Source: a bacterium
GTDB taxonomy: Bacteria > Patescibacteriota > Minisyncoccia > UBA6257 > HR35
Assembly (NCBI GenBank): GCA_041640295.1
Contig: JBEQAR010000004.1
Span: 3,128 to 67,127 of the forward strand
Reading direction: 5' to 3'
Length of the DNA stretch: 64,000 nucleotides
Positions 40,063 through 53,407 of this stretch are shown piece by piece (the first letter of the stretch is position 1; each line of letters starts with the position of its first letter). Below the pieces are notes generated by a model. That model made no database searches. It had not been told where the DNA came from and saw only the letters and a program-made list of their open reading frames with translations. The translations under genes and the position numbers were made by a program.

Positions 40063-40743
40063 TTAACCAAAATTTAAAAGGGAAGCGCAAATAAAAAAAA
40101 CTGTTTCTGTTCGTAAATTTGTTTGACCTAAACTAACAAATTGGCTATTTTTATTTTTTAAAATTTCCAATTCTTTATTTGAAAACCCTCCTTCTGGTCC
40201 GATTAATAAAGAAATAGAGTGAGGAAAAATAATTTCGTTTATTGGTTTTCCGTTTTTTTCTAAAACATAAATATTCTTAGGGACATCTTTTAAATTAATA
40301 GGCAAACCAATTTCTGGTAAATAATTCCAATCACCAATTTCTAAACCTTTATACATTATTTTTAGCCATCGCTCAGAAACTTCATCGCTTATCCAAGGAC
40401 TTCTTTCGGTTTTAACTGGAATAATTTTTTTAACGCCCAATTCAAAACTTTTGCTTAAAATTAATTCAAAATTTTCTTTTTTAATAAAACTAAGATAAAA
40501 AAATAATTCTTTAGGTGGCAATAAATTTCTAATAATTGATTCTTGAAATTCAAAAATTAACTTATTTTTGCTCCGTTCTTTTAAAGTGTAATAACCCTCA
40601 AATAAATCTTTACCGATAAAAATTAAACTTTCGCCCAATTCTAAACGGTAAACTTTAATAATTCTTGAGATGATTTCTTGGTCTGTAATTTTTAATAATT
40701 GATTATTAGCTAAATTTTGATCAAGAAAAATTTTTCTTTTCAT
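40063..40743 (-). CDS. rsmE: 16S rRNA (uracil1498-N3)-methyltransferase
   Basis: C-terminal LLIGPEGGFSNKELEIL motif of RsmE. Confidence 0.8.
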   Translation of the reverse strand: MKRKIFLDQNLANNQLLKITDQEIISRIIKVYRLELGESLIFIGKDLFEGYYTLKERSKNKLIFEFQESIIRNLLPPKELFFYLSFIKKENFELILSKSFELGVKKIIPVKTERSPWISDEVSERWLKIMYKGLEIGDWNYLPEIGLPINLKDVPKNIYVLEKNGKPINEIIFPHSISLLIGPEGGFSNKELEILKNKNSQFVSLGQTNLRTETVFFICASLLNFG

Positions 40744-41429
40744 TTACAAATAGTTAAAGCAATAATATTTTTACACCCTTTATCTTTAAGAACTTTAGCT
40801 AACTCAAAGATAGTACTACCAGTGGTGATAATATCGTCAACAATTATTAAATTTTGGGGTGGCGGTTGATTAACGGCAAAACAATCTTTAATATTTATCA
40901 ATCTTTGATGATAATCTAATTTAGCTTGATATTCTGTTTCCTTAATTTTTTTAATGCCTTTAAAAATTGGTAAATTTAAATTGCGAGCAATTTTTTTAGC
41001 AAGAACTTCAGATTGGTTAAATCCGCGAAGTTTTTCTATTTTCTTACTTAAGGGAACATATGTTAGAGAAAAATTTTTAAGATTTAATATTTTTAGTTTT
41101 TCTGAAATTAATTCCCCCCACCAGAGAAATATTCGCCAATAGTTATTAAATTTACCATCAATAATTAATTGCGCTATAGGTAAATTTTGATAATCATTGA
41201 AGGTAATTAAAGTTTTTACTAAATTACTGCAACAAACTGAAGTTAATTTTTCATCAATTGGTTTTCTTCTTTGACATTTAGGGCAAAAAAGAAATAAATC
41301 AAAATTTAATTTTTGCAAGCAATTATTACATAAATAAGATGAATTTAAAAAATTTAAGCATTGATAGCAGAAATAAGGAAATAAAAAATTTTCAGAAATG
41401 TTATATAATTTTCTTATTATGTTTAACAT
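40740..41429 (-). CDS. comFC: ComF family phosphoribosyltransferase-domain competence protein
   Basis: N-terminal Cys-rich zinc finger (CPKCQRR) and C-terminal PRTase motif IVDDIITTGST. Confidence 0.75.
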   Translation of the reverse strand: MLNIIRKLYNISENFLFPYFCYQCLNFLNSSYLCNNCLQKLNFDLFLFCPKCQRRKPIDEKLTSVCCSNLVKTLITFNDYQNLPIAQLIIDGKFNNYWRIFLWWGELISEKLKILNLKNFSLTYVPLSKKIEKLRGFNQSEVLAKKIARNLNLPIFKGIKKIKETEYQAKLDYHQRLINIKDCFAVNQPPPQNLIIVDDIITTGSTIFELAKVLKDKGCKNIIALTICK

Positions 41430-42471
41430 TTTTGGTTCAAAAAAAATTTTAGGCGTAGATTTGGGTTCAAAGAATATTAAAATAGCTGAGATAGAAAAAT
41501 ATAAAAACTCTTTTATTTTAACTAATTATATTATAATTGAACTTGAAGGTGGCGAGAGGATATCATCCTTATTAGAAACTTCACAGATTTATGAGGAGAA
41601 TTTATCCAAAATTTTAGAAAATGGATTTAAAGAATTTAAAATCAAAGATGTAGTTTATTCAGTTTCTATTTTTTATTATTTTTATACGAATTTCTCTTTA
41701 CCCTATATTCCACCCAATGCTCTGAAGAATGCAATTAATTTTGAATATCGGAAGTATATCCCTGTTGGTTATGAAAAATTTCAAATAGAGTGGCGTAATA
41801 TTAAACACTCACCCTTCAATTTAGAAGGGCAAGATAAATGGTTAATTTTTTTTACCGCTATACCCGAAAGTTATTTAAACAAAATTAAAAATATCTCCCA
41901 ATTAGCTAAAGTAAGATTTCAAAAAGCCTACCCCGAATTTTTAACTCTCGAACCATTTTTTAAAGAAAATAAAGAAAATATTATTTTGATTGATATTGGT
42001 TATTCTTATTCTTATGCTGTTTTAATAAAAGAAAATCAAGTTATCAATGCTAAAAAATTTAATTTAACCACAAAGAATATTATTGATACTTTAATGAATC
42101 TTCTAAGTGTTGGTCATCAGGAAGCTGAAGATTTTTTTATTAAGAAAGGTTTTCAAATTGCTCCCGAAGAACTTGATTTAAAAAAAGCTTTAGGAGAAAT
42201 TATTGACAATTTTTCTTCTCAGGTTTTAAGCTTAAAAGAAAGTTGGGAAGCAACATTTGGTACAAAAATTAGCTTAATTTATCTGACCGGCGGCTTAAGT
42301 TTGGCTAAGGGATTATTAGATGTTGTTAGTACTAAAATACCCAATATTTCCTTTGCAATTTTTAATCCTTTAGAGAAAAACATTATTCCTGGTGATAATA
42401 TTCAGAATCGATTGAATGGTTCGGTTTTAGTTCAGGCAATGGGTTCTTGTCTAAAATTTTTCTTAAGTTAA
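41398..42471 (+). CDS. pilM: Type IV pilus assembly protein PilM (actin-like ATPase)
   Basis: ILGVDLGSKNIKIAEI N-terminus. 357 aa. Heads the pil cluster. Confidence 0.8.
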   Translation: MLYNFLIMFNIFGSKKILGVDLGSKNIKIAEIEKYKNSFILTNYIIIELEGGERISSLLETSQIYEENLSKILENGFKEFKIKDVVYSVSIFYYFYTNFSLPYIPPNALKNAINFEYRKYIPVGYEKFQIEWRNIKHSPFNLEGQDKWLIFFTAIPESYLNKIKNISQLAKVRFQKAYPEFLTLEPFFKENKENIILIDIGYSYSYAVLIKENQVINAKKFNLTTKNIIDTLMNLLSVGHQEAEDFFIKKGFQIAPEELDLKKALGEIIDNFSSQVLSLKESWEATFGTKISLIYLTGGLSLAKGLLDVVSTKIPNISFAIFNPLEKNIIPGDNIQNRLNGSVLVQAMGSCLKFFLS

Positions 42472-42490
42472 AATATTAATAAATAAAGAT

Positions 42491-42994
42491 ATGTTTAAAA
42501 ATATTTGGGAATTAATACCACATCGTTTATTTTATTTTTTGGTTATTGGTTTGATTTTAAGTTATGTTGGAAGTTATAGTTTAGATTATTTAACTAAAAT
42601 TAACAATAGAAAGATTAATGAATTAAAAGCTGAGATTGAAAATATCAAATCACAATATTCAGAACAAGTTAATACTGAAGCTTATCAAGCCTTAATGCAC
42701 TTTTTATCCCTTAAATATTTAATAGATCAAAAAAAATCTATCCTACCTTTAATTCAACAACCACCGAGATATTTACCTAAATTTCTTAAAATTACATCAG
42801 TTTCAATTGAAAATCAAACCAATAAAATTAAATTAACCGGTCAAGTTAATGGTTGGGTAAATTATTCAAGATTGATTAATTATTTTGAATCCCAAAATAA
42901 TATTTTTAAAGATTTTAAAATTGAAAGTTATTCTTTTGATAATTCAACTGGATTAATTAATGTCAATTTAAGTTTTATTTATAATATCCAATGA
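42491..42994 (+). CDS. pilN: PilN-like inner-membrane pilus assembly protein
   Basis: Single N-terminal TM plus coiled coil. Position after pilM. Confidence 0.5.
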   Translation: MFKNIWELIPHRLFYFLVIGLILSYVGSYSLDYLTKINNRKINELKAEIENIKSQYSEQVNTEAYQALMHFLSLKYLIDQKKSILPLIQQPPRYLPKFLKITSVSIENQTNKIKLTGQVNGWVNYSRLINYFESQNNIFKDFKIESYSFDNSTGLINVNLSFIYNIQ

Positions 42995-43551
42995 GGTTGT
43001 TAATTAATTTAATTTTTATAATTTTATTTTTCTTCTTTATTAATTCAGTATTTACTTCTTTGATTCCTTCGTATAAAAATTATCTGTCATCAGCTAAAGC
43101 AAAAAATGAAATTGAAAATGAATTAATTAAAACAAAAGCAATTGAGGAACAATTTAAATTTTTACAATCCAAAAGCGTTGCTGACATCTTAAAAATAAAA
43201 AAAGCAAATTTTTTTGATTATTTTTTACCCTCAAAATTCATTGATTATGAATTAACAATGTTTATTAATCAAATTTTTTATATTAGTAATTTTCCTCAGC
43301 CCAATATTTATTCTTTTAACAAAACAGAATTCACCCACCCTGAGTTTAAAAAAGCAAAAATGACTAAATTTAGTTTTTCAGTCAGTGAAAAAAGTAATTT
43401 AGATGATTTGATAAAATTAATTAATAATTTAGAAAATAGTAGTCGAATTTTTGTTATTGAATCTATTAATTTTAGCCCAGCTTCTGAAGGAAATGTTATT
43501 AATGCTAGTTTAAATATTTCAACTTATTACTACAATTATCAACAACAATGA
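42991..43551 (+). CDS. pilO: PilO-like pilus assembly protein
   Basis: N-terminal TM, coiled coil. Position. Confidence 0.45.
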   Translation: MRLLINLIFIILFFFFINSVFTSLIPSYKNYLSSAKAKNEIENELIKTKAIEEQFKFLQSKSVADILKIKKANFFDYFLPSKFIDYELTMFINQIFYISNFPQPNIYSFNKTEFTHPEFKKAKMTKFSFSVSEKSNLDDLIKLINNLENSSRIFVIESINFSPASEGNVINASLNISTYYYNYQQQ

Positions 43552-43841
43552 AATTTGATAATTTATTAAAATTCAAAGCTTTTAATTTAATTTCGTTAAT
43601 TTTAAGCCTGGTTATTTTAGGAGCAATTATCTATATTGCTTTTTGGGAATTAAATATTTTTAAAAAGGAAAAAGAAATTCCATTAGAAATTAAAGAAATA
43701 GAAAATGAATTAACTATTCTTTCAAAGTTAAATTTAACTTTATTATCTGAAGAGTTAAGGTCTAAATTACCCCAACCTCAGGTTTTATCTCAACCAACTA
43801 TCTCTCCTGATATGATAGGTAAAAATAATTGGTTTGAATAA
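43548..43841 (+). CDS. Small membrane protein of the pilus assembly operon
   Basis: 97 aa, one TM. Translationally coupled between pilO-like and pilB. Confidence 0.35.
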   Translation: MKFDNLLKFKAFNLISLILSLVILGAIIYIAFWELNIFKKEKEIPLEIKEIENELTILSKLNLTLLSEELRSKLPQPQVLSQPTISPDMIGKNNWFE

Positions 43842-43854
43842 AAGTTAAGTAATA

Positions 43855-45573
43855 ATGACTTTTAACGAATTTTTAAAAGAAAAATTAAAAGATAAGATAG
43901 AAAATATCGACGAGTTAATTAAAGAAGCAGAAAAAAATAAGATATATATAGAAGAATTTTTTTATCGTTTGGGCTTATTAGATGATAACTTTTTGGATTT
44001 AAAGGCTGAATTTTATAAATTGCCTGCTAAAAAATTTCTTTATGACGAGCAAATCCCTTCAGAAATTTTAAATTTAATTTCTGAGGATTTTTCTAAACAA
44101 CGACAGGTGATAGCTTTTGATAAAAAAGAAGATGGTATTTATATCGGTGTTGTTAATCCTGAAATTCCACCCTTGATGGAAACTGTTAATTATTTACAAT
44201 CCACCTATAATCAAGAAATTAAAACTTTTCTTATTTCAATTAAAGATTATTTTTTAATTTTTAGACAATATCATAAATTTTCCGATGTATTAAAAGAAAT
44301 TTTGTTTTCACTGAGAAAAACAAAACCATTAATTACTGAAGCGGAAATTGTTAAATTGGAAGAAGAATTATTACCCACAGAAGAAGCACCGGTTATTAAA
44401 TTAGTCCAATCATTAATTGAAGAAGCTGTCTATTTACAAGCTTCAGACATTCATATTGAACCACTTTCTCGCAAATTAAAAATTAGATTTCGTCTTTTGG
44501 GTGATTTAAAAACAATTGCTTATTTACCAAAAGACTTACATCAACAAATAACTAATCGTATAAAAGTCTTAGCTAAACTAAAATTAGATGAATCTCGTAT
44601 TCCTCAAGATGGACGAATTAGGGTCTTTGTTCATGGTCGAGAAATAGACTTAAGGATAGGTATATTTCCAACAATTGAAGGAGAAAAAGTCGAAATTAGA
44701 ATCTTAGATCCTTTAGTTGGGTTGAAAAAAATATCTGGATTAGGAGTTTTAAATTATCATGAAAATAAATTGAATGAAGGGATTAAAAGTCCTTATGGAT
44801 TAATTTTAATTACTGGCCCAACTGGCTCTGGAAAAACAACTACTCTCTATGCTATTTTACAAGAATTGGCTAATGAAAAAATAAATATTGTTAGTTTAGA
44901 AGATCCAGTTGAATATCGATTAGATGGAATAAATCAATCTCAAGTTAGACCAGAAATTAATTATACTTTCGCTAATGGCTTAAGAAGTATTTTAAGGCAA
45001 GACCCTGATGTTATTTTTGTTGGTGAAGTAAGAGATTTAGAAACTGCTGATTTATGTATACATGCTTCTCTTACGGGTCACTTAGTTTTATCAACGCTTC
45101 ATACTAATACTGCTATTGGTGCTATTTCAAGATTAATTGATTTAGGTATAGAAAGGTTTTTACTGCCAGAAACAATTAGATTAATTATAAGCCAAAGATT
45201 AGCTAAAAGATTGTGTGATAATTGTAAAAAGGAAATTGAACCACCTCAAGATATTAAAAAAATAATTTTAGAAAATTTAACAGATGTTGATAAAGAAATT
45301 ATTTCTAATTTAAATATTGATATTAATAATCCTAAAATTTATCATCCTGAAGGTTGTGAAAGATGTAATTATCGCGGATATATTGGTAGAAGTGGTATTT
45401 TTGAAATTGTAATTATGACTGATGAGTTGAGGAATGCTGTTTATGAAGGAAAAAAAATTGATGAAATTGAAAAACTTTTAAAAAATCAAAAATTTGTTAG
45501 TTTAAGGCAAGATGGAATTATTAAATCTTTGATAGGTTGGTTTACTATTGAAGAAATTATAAAAATAACTTAA
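43855..45573 (+). CDS. pilB: Type IV pilus assembly ATPase PilB (GspE family)
   Basis: Walker A GPTGSGKTTTL, Asp box, His box, tetracysteine CDNC...CERC. Confidence 0.9.
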   Translation: MTFNEFLKEKLKDKIENIDELIKEAEKNKIYIEEFFYRLGLLDDNFLDLKAEFYKLPAKKFLYDEQIPSEILNLISEDFSKQRQVIAFDKKEDGIYIGVVNPEIPPLMETVNYLQSTYNQEIKTFLISIKDYFLIFRQYHKFSDVLKEILFSLRKTKPLITEAEIVKLEEELLPTEEAPVIKLVQSLIEEAVYLQASDIHIEPLSRKLKIRFRLLGDLKTIAYLPKDLHQQITNRIKVLAKLKLDESRIPQDGRIRVFVHGREIDLRIGIFPTIEGEKVEIRILDPLVGLKKISGLGVLNYHENKLNEGIKSPYGLILITGPTGSGKTTTLYAILQELANEKINIVSLEDPVEYRLDGINQSQVRPEINYTFANGLRSILRQDPDVIFVGEVRDLETADLCIHASLTGHLVLSTLHTNTAIGAISRLIDLGIERFLLPETIRLIISQRLAKRLCDNCKKEIEPPQDIKKIILENLTDVDKEIISNLNIDINNPKIYHPEGCERCNYRGYIGRSGIFEIVIMTDELRNAVYEGKKIDEIEKLLKNQKFVSLRQDGIIKSLIGWFTIEEIIKIT

Positions 45574-45584
45574 AATTTTAAAAA

Positions 45585-46646
45585 ATGAATGAAAAATTAA
45601 AAAGAATTTTTTATATTGCTTCTCAAAGAAATGCTTCTGATGTTCATATTACTCCAGTAAGATACCCAACCTTAAGAATAGATGGTAATTTGCTTACTTT
45701 AAATGAGGAAGGAATTATTTCTTCAAGTGAATCAAAAGAATTATTATTTTCTTTATTAACTGAAGAACAAAGAAACTATTTATTAAAATACAAAGATTTA
45801 GATTTTTCTTTTAATATTGATGATAAAATAAGGATTCGGGCCAATATCTATTTTCAAAATAATGGTTTAGCAGGAGCTTTTCGATTAATTACTACCGAAA
45901 TCAAAACTATTGAAGAATTAAATTTACCCCCCATACTACATGAATTTATTAAAAGAAAACAGGGTTTAATACTGATTACTGGTCCAGCAGGCGTTGGTAA
46001 ATCAACCACTTTAGCTGCTCTAATTGATGAAATAAATCACACCCGACCAGCTCATATTATTACTATTGAAGAACCAATTGAATATATCTTTATCCCAGAT
46101 TTAGCTTTAATTTCCCAAAGAGAGATACCAAGAGATTCTCCTACTTGGCATCGAGCTTTAAGGGCAGCATTGAGAGAAGATCCAGATATTATTATGATTG
46201 GTGAATTAAGAGATGAAGTTTCAATTCAAATTGCCTTAACTGCTGCTGAAACAGGTCATTTAGTTTTAGGTACTCTTCATACTAATTCAGCTTCCCAAAC
46301 AATTGATAGAATTTTGGATGTTTTACCTGAAGATAAGAAAAATCAGGCGAGATATCAACTTGCGTCAACATTAGTTGGTATTATTTCCCAAAGATTAGTA
46401 AATAGGATCAAGGGCGGTAGAATTCCTGCTTGTGAAGTTTTAATTGCTAATACTGCTGTTAAAAATCTTATCAGAGAAAATAAAATTTATCAAATAGATC
46501 TTGTTATTGAAACAAGTTTTGAATCTGGTATGTTTACTTTAGAAAGATCCTTAGCAACCTTAGTTAATTTAGGTGAAGTAAGTTTAGAAACTGCTTATAA
46601 TTACGCTCTTAATATTGATAGATTAAATAATTTGTTAAAAAGATAA
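45585..46646 (+). CDS. pilT: Twitching motility / pilus retraction ATPase PilT
   Basis: GPAGVGKSTTLAALI. 353 aa. No tetracysteine. PilT length. Confidence 0.88.
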   Translation: MNEKLKRIFYIASQRNASDVHITPVRYPTLRIDGNLLTLNEEGIISSSESKELLFSLLTEEQRNYLLKYKDLDFSFNIDDKIRIRANIYFQNNGLAGAFRLITTEIKTIEELNLPPILHEFIKRKQGLILITGPAGVGKSTTLAALIDEINHTRPAHIITIEEPIEYIFIPDLALISQREIPRDSPTWHRALRAALREDPDIIMIGELRDEVSIQIALTAAETGHLVLGTLHTNSASQTIDRILDVLPEDKKNQARYQLASTLVGIISQRLVNRIKGGRIPACEVLIANTAVKNLIRENKIYQIDLVIETSFESGMFTLERSLATLVNLGEVSLETAYNYALNIDRLNNLLKR

Positions 46647-46661
46647 TTTCAATAAAATAAA

Positions 46662-47867
46662 ATGAAATTTGAATTTAGGGGTTTTGATCGCGATGGTAAT
46701 TTTAAAACTGGGATAATAGAGGCTGCTAATCAACAAGAGGCTATTTCTTTACTTCAAAATCAAGGATTAGTAGTAACTTATATTAGCAAACCAACTGTTC
46801 CTAAATTTTTAATTACTTTTTCTAAAATTTCTTTATTAGATTTAGCTTTTTTTTGTAGTTCTTTTAAATTTTTACTTAAATCAAGAACACCTCTTGATGA
46901 AGCAGTTAAAACCTTATCCTATCAAGTTACTAAACCAAGATTTAAAACCATTCTAGAAGATATTTACCAGCAAATTATTAGTGGTTTACCATTATCTGAA
47001 GCTTTAGAGAAATATCCAGAAACATTCCCTAAATCAATGACTAAGTTAATTAAAATAGGAGAAGTGGCAGGAAAACTTGAAGAAGTTTTTGATAATTTAG
47101 CAGAATATTTTGAAAATCAACACAAACTTCTTAGTAAGGTTATACAATCTTTATATTATCCAGTAATTGTTATTTTAATTTTTCTTGCAACAATGGCTTT
47201 TATATTTTTTCAAGTTGTACCCCAAATTAGTAAGCTTTTTATAGAAAATGGAATTGCTCTTCCCGCTGTTACTCAAAAATTTTTAACTATTTCTAATTTT
47301 TTATTTTCTTATTGGTATTATATTTTAGCAGGTTTAATTATTTTTAATTATATTTTGATAGAATTTTTAAAAACAGATGACGGAAAGCTTTTTCTATATA
47401 ACTTTTTTGTTAATGTTCCAATAGTTGGTGTTCTATTGAAAGAAATCTATATTATTGCCTTTTTGCAATCATTAATTTTTCTTATTAAAGGAGGACTTCC
47501 ACTTTCTGAAAGTTTAGAAATTGTTGCTAATAGTATTACTAATCCTTATTATAAAAATGCTATTAGTTATTTAGCCGAAGAAACAAGACGAGGTAAACCA
47601 GTTTCTGAAGCTATCAAAATTTTCCCTGATTTATTTCCACCTTTTGTTGTTCAATCTTTTGCTACAGGAGAAAAAACTGGTGAATTATCTAATACCTTAG
47701 GAACAATTTTAGAATATTATAATTTAGATGTTAATAATAAAACTGCTAATTTGGGTGAGGCAATTCAACCAATAATCATTATTGTTTTAGCTATTGGTTT
47801 AATTTTTATTGAACTTTCTTTAATTATTCCTATTTCTGAATTAGCTAAAACAATTAGACAATTTTAG
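46662..47867 (+). CDS. pilC: Type IV pilus inner-membrane platform protein PilC (GspF family)
   Basis: Two T2SS-F repeats. 401 aa. Position after pilB/pilT. Confidence 0.85.
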   Translation: MKFEFRGFDRDGNFKTGIIEAANQQEAISLLQNQGLVVTYISKPTVPKFLITFSKISLLDLAFFCSSFKFLLKSRTPLDEAVKTLSYQVTKPRFKTILEDIYQQIISGLPLSEALEKYPETFPKSMTKLIKIGEVAGKLEEVFDNLAEYFENQHKLLSKVIQSLYYPVIVILIFLATMAFIFFQVVPQISKLFIENGIALPAVTQKFLTISNFLFSYWYYILAGLIIFNYILIEFLKTDDGKLFLYNFFVNVPIVGVLLKEIYIIAFLQSLIFLIKGGLPLSESLEIVANSITNPYYKNAISYLAEETRRGKPVSEAIKIFPDLFPPFVVQSFATGEKTGELSNTLGTILEYYNLDVNNKTANLGEAIQPIIIIVLAIGLIFIELSLIIPISELAKTIRQF

Positions 47868-47901
47868 TTATCCACAATTTATGAAATTTTTACTAAATTT
47901 A

Positions 47902-47910
47902 TGATATAAT
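47902..47910 (+). promoter_or_regulatory. Putative extended -10 promoter element (TGaTATAAT) upstream of the pilin gene
   Basis: Perfect TGnTATAAT about 85 nt upstream of the pilin start. Weak -35 (tgaaat at 17-nt spacing). Confidence 0.3.
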
Positions 47911-47995
47911 TATTTTTGATAAACCTTATAACTCAATATTAAAATTGAAAATTGGTCGAATATTAAGAAAATTATTAAAAATTAAATAATTAAAA

Positions 47996-48547
47996 ATGAA
48001 AAACAGATATTTTAAAGCTTTTACATTAGTCGAATTAGCAGTTGTTCTTTTAGTTATTGGTATTTTAGCTGGTATTTTAATAAGAAACTATGGTGGTTTT
48101 ACTTCAGCAGCCAGAGATGCCAGAATTTTAGCTGATTTAAGGAATGTATCAACAATGTTAGCTGCTTATTATTCAAAAGCTGGTAATTTTCCCGATGTAA
48201 CAATGGCAGCTAGTAGCGCTAGCTGGACTGACCAATTTGCGGACACTTTAATAAATATGGGGGTAATTACAAACAGAAACGAATTACCGCGTCATCCTTT
48301 AAGTGGAAAATTTTATCAGTATTTTGCCTGTGATAGAGATGGCGCTAGCACTACATATTCGACTGGTAGTGCTTATATTTTAGCTGCAGATTTAGAAGCA
48401 CCAACCAGCAATGTTCAAATATATTCAGGTAGCGTAAGCGAAAACGCGGCTGTTTCATGCGTCAAGACTGACGGCTCCTCATTTAGTCAACCATCTGAGA
48501 TTAGATGTTATCCTAGTGGACAAAGATATTGTTTATATAATTACTAA
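47996..48547 (+). CDS. Type IV (major) pilin with class III signal peptide
   Basis: MKNRYFKAFTLVELAVVLLVIGILAGI prepilin leader. C-terminal Cys pair. Confidence 0.75.
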   Translation: MKNRYFKAFTLVELAVVLLVIGILAGILIRNYGGFTSAARDARILADLRNVSTMLAAYYSKAGNFPDVTMAASSASWTDQFADTLINMGVITNRNELPRHPLSGKFYQYFACDRDGASTTYSTGSAYILAADLEAPTSNVQIYSGSVSENAAVSCVKTDGSSFSQPSEIRCYPSGQRYCLYNY

Positions 48548-48628
48548 AAACTAATAAAAACTAACTAATAAAAATCTAAAAATTGAAAAAAAATTTAGAC
48601 TATAATATTCAAATTAACAGAGAAAGTA

Positions 48629-49477
48629 ATGTTATTTTTTATCTTTGGTTTATTTTTAGGTAGTTTGTTGAATAATATTGCTTATCGATTAGTTAGAGGA
48701 GAAAATTTTGTTATCGGTTCATCTAAATGTGATTATTGCCAAAAAAAACTTAATTGGTATGAGCTTATACCTATTTTAAGTTATATAATTCAAAAAGGTC
48801 AATGTCGAAATTGTAAAACAAAAATTTCTTTTCGCTATCCATTAACTGAATTAATTTCTGGATTATTTGCTTATAAAATTGCTGAAAAAACATTATTGCT
48901 AAACGCTTTTAATCTAACTAATTTTATTTATTTTTTATATTTTTTATTTATTGTTTCTCTTTTATTGATTTTAGCCCTTTACGATTTAGAAACATTTTAT
49001 ATTGAAGAAAGAATTATTTATTTTGCCATTATTTTTTGGTTGATATTTATTATTTCCTTTGATTATGTTAATTTCCCACACGTTAATTTTGCTGATAGTT
49101 TTAATTATTTAATCTACTTACCCCAAACCAATATTAAAGAATATGCTTTTAATAGATTATATTTTGGTTATCTTTTGGCTTTAGGAATTGTGATTATTTT
49201 TCTTTTAACATTAGGAAAAGGAATTGGTTTAGGAGATGCTAAAATTTTATTTATTTTAGGGTTATATTTTAATTTCGGTGATATAATTTTAACCTTAGTT
49301 TTTTCAATTATTATTGGTGGAATTTTTAGTTTATTTATATTATTCAAAAAAAGAAAAACCAAACAATCAATACCCTTTGTACCTTTTATATTTATTAGTC
49401 TATTTTTAACTATTATAGCAGGCGAATTAGTATCAAATATTTTATTTGAAAATTTGATTAATCTTGATTTAAAATAA
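48629..49477 (+). CDS. pilD: Prepilin peptidase (A24 family)
   Basis: N-terminal CDYC...CRNC zinc site. Polytopic membrane protein. Confidence 0.85.
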   Translation: MLFFIFGLFLGSLLNNIAYRLVRGENFVIGSSKCDYCQKKLNWYELIPILSYIIQKGQCRNCKTKISFRYPLTELISGLFAYKIAEKTLLLNAFNLTNFIYFLYFLFIVSLLLILALYDLETFYIEERIIYFAIIFWLIFIISFDYVNFPHVNFADSFNYLIYLPQTNIKEYAFNRLYFGYLLALGIVIIFLLTLGKGIGLGDAKILFILGLYFNFGDIILTLVFSIIIGGIFSLFILFKKRKTKQSIPFVPFIFISLFLTIIAGELVSNILFENLINLDLK

Positions 49478-49530
49478 TTTTAGATTATTTGTTATAATTA
49501 ATCAGTAAAGAGCTTAACTTTTCAAAATAA

Positions 49531-50727
49531 ATGGAAAAAAATAATTTAATAATCTTATTATTTTTTTTGTTAGGAATTATTAGTTTATTTTTTGTTGTCG
49601 ATAATTCAATGCTGAAATTTAAATTCGGTTTAGATTTAGCTGGAGGAATTATTTTAACTTATGATGCTGATTTAAGTCAAATAAGAATTAGTGAGCAAGA
49701 AGCAACCTTATCAGCAGTAAAAGATTTAATCGAAAGAAGAATTAATACTTTGGGTTTAGCAGAAACGAGTATTAATTATAGCCGAAGCGGAAGAATTATT
49801 GTTGAGATTCCCAATGTAAAAGATTATCAAGAAGCAGTTAATTTAATTGGTCAAACACCCCTATTAGAATTCAGAGTTCCGCAAATCGTTGGTACACAAA
49901 CTGTTTTTGTTCCATCAGAGTTGACTGGTAAATATTTAAAAAGTGCTGAAGTAAGAATTAATCCTAATACTGGCTTGCCATTAGTTGCTTTAAAGTTTGA
50001 TAATCAAGGAGCTAAAATTTTCGAGCAATTAACTCAGAAATATTTAAATCAACCGATTGCTATTTATATTGATGGTCAACCAATTTCTATTCCGAATGTC
50101 AGAGAAACTATTACCGGAGGAGAAGCAGTTATCGAAGGCAATTTTACCTTAGAAGAAGCAAAAAAATTAGCCGGCAACTTACAGCAAGGAGCATTACCTG
50201 TACCATTAAAATTAATTAGTATTAATCAAGTTAATCCAAAATTAGGAATAAAATTTAAAGATTTAGCTGTTAAGGGAGGTGCAATTGGTTTTATTTTAGT
50301 TTTAGCTTTTATGATTGGCTATTATCGTCTTCAAGGTGTAATTGCTTCTATTTGTTTGTTTATTTATCTTTTAATTAATTTATTTATCTATAAACTATTC
50401 GGAGTAGTTCTTACTTTAGCTGGTATAACTGGTTTAATTTTATCAATCGGAATGGCTGTAGATGCTAATATTTTGGTTGCAGAAAGAATTAAAGAAGAAA
50501 TTAGAAGGGGATTAGAAAAAAAACAAGCAATTAAGGCGGGCTTTAGTCGGGCTTGGACATCAATTCGTGATTCTAATATTACTACCATTATTTCTGCATT
50601 ATTAGTTTATTTTTTGACTACTTCATTTGTGAGAGGATTTGCTTTGACATTACTGATTGGTGTTATAATTAGTTTTATTACTGCTTTTTATCTAACTAGA
50701 ATTCTTACAGAAAAGATTTCTAGTTAA
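49531..50727 (+). CDS. secD: Protein translocase subunit SecD (short form)
   Basis: GLDLAGG motif, periplasmic domain, six C-terminal TM helices with GMAVDANIL. No secF adjacent. Confidence 0.7.
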   Translation: MEKNNLIILLFFLLGIISLFFVVDNSMLKFKFGLDLAGGIILTYDADLSQIRISEQEATLSAVKDLIERRINTLGLAETSINYSRSGRIIVEIPNVKDYQEAVNLIGQTPLLEFRVPQIVGTQTVFVPSELTGKYLKSAEVRINPNTGLPLVALKFDNQGAKIFEQLTQKYLNQPIAIYIDGQPISIPNVRETITGGEAVIEGNFTLEEAKKLAGNLQQGALPVPLKLISINQVNPKLGIKFKDLAVKGGAIGFILVLAFMIGYYRLQGVIASICLFIYLLINLFIYKLFGVVLTLAGITGLILSIGMAVDANILVAERIKEEIRRGLEKKQAIKAGFSRAWTSIRDSNITTIISALLVYFLTTSFVRGFALTLLIGVIISFITAFYLTRILTEKISS

Positions 50728-50733
50728 TAATAG

Positions 50734-53317
<2,584 letters not shown>

Positions 53318-53407
53318 TTATTTTTTTATTATAAACAATAAAGAATTGATTTTGGATTGATTATTTAAAGCTTTTTACAATGATTTATATGGATTCTATT
53401 GTTATGG

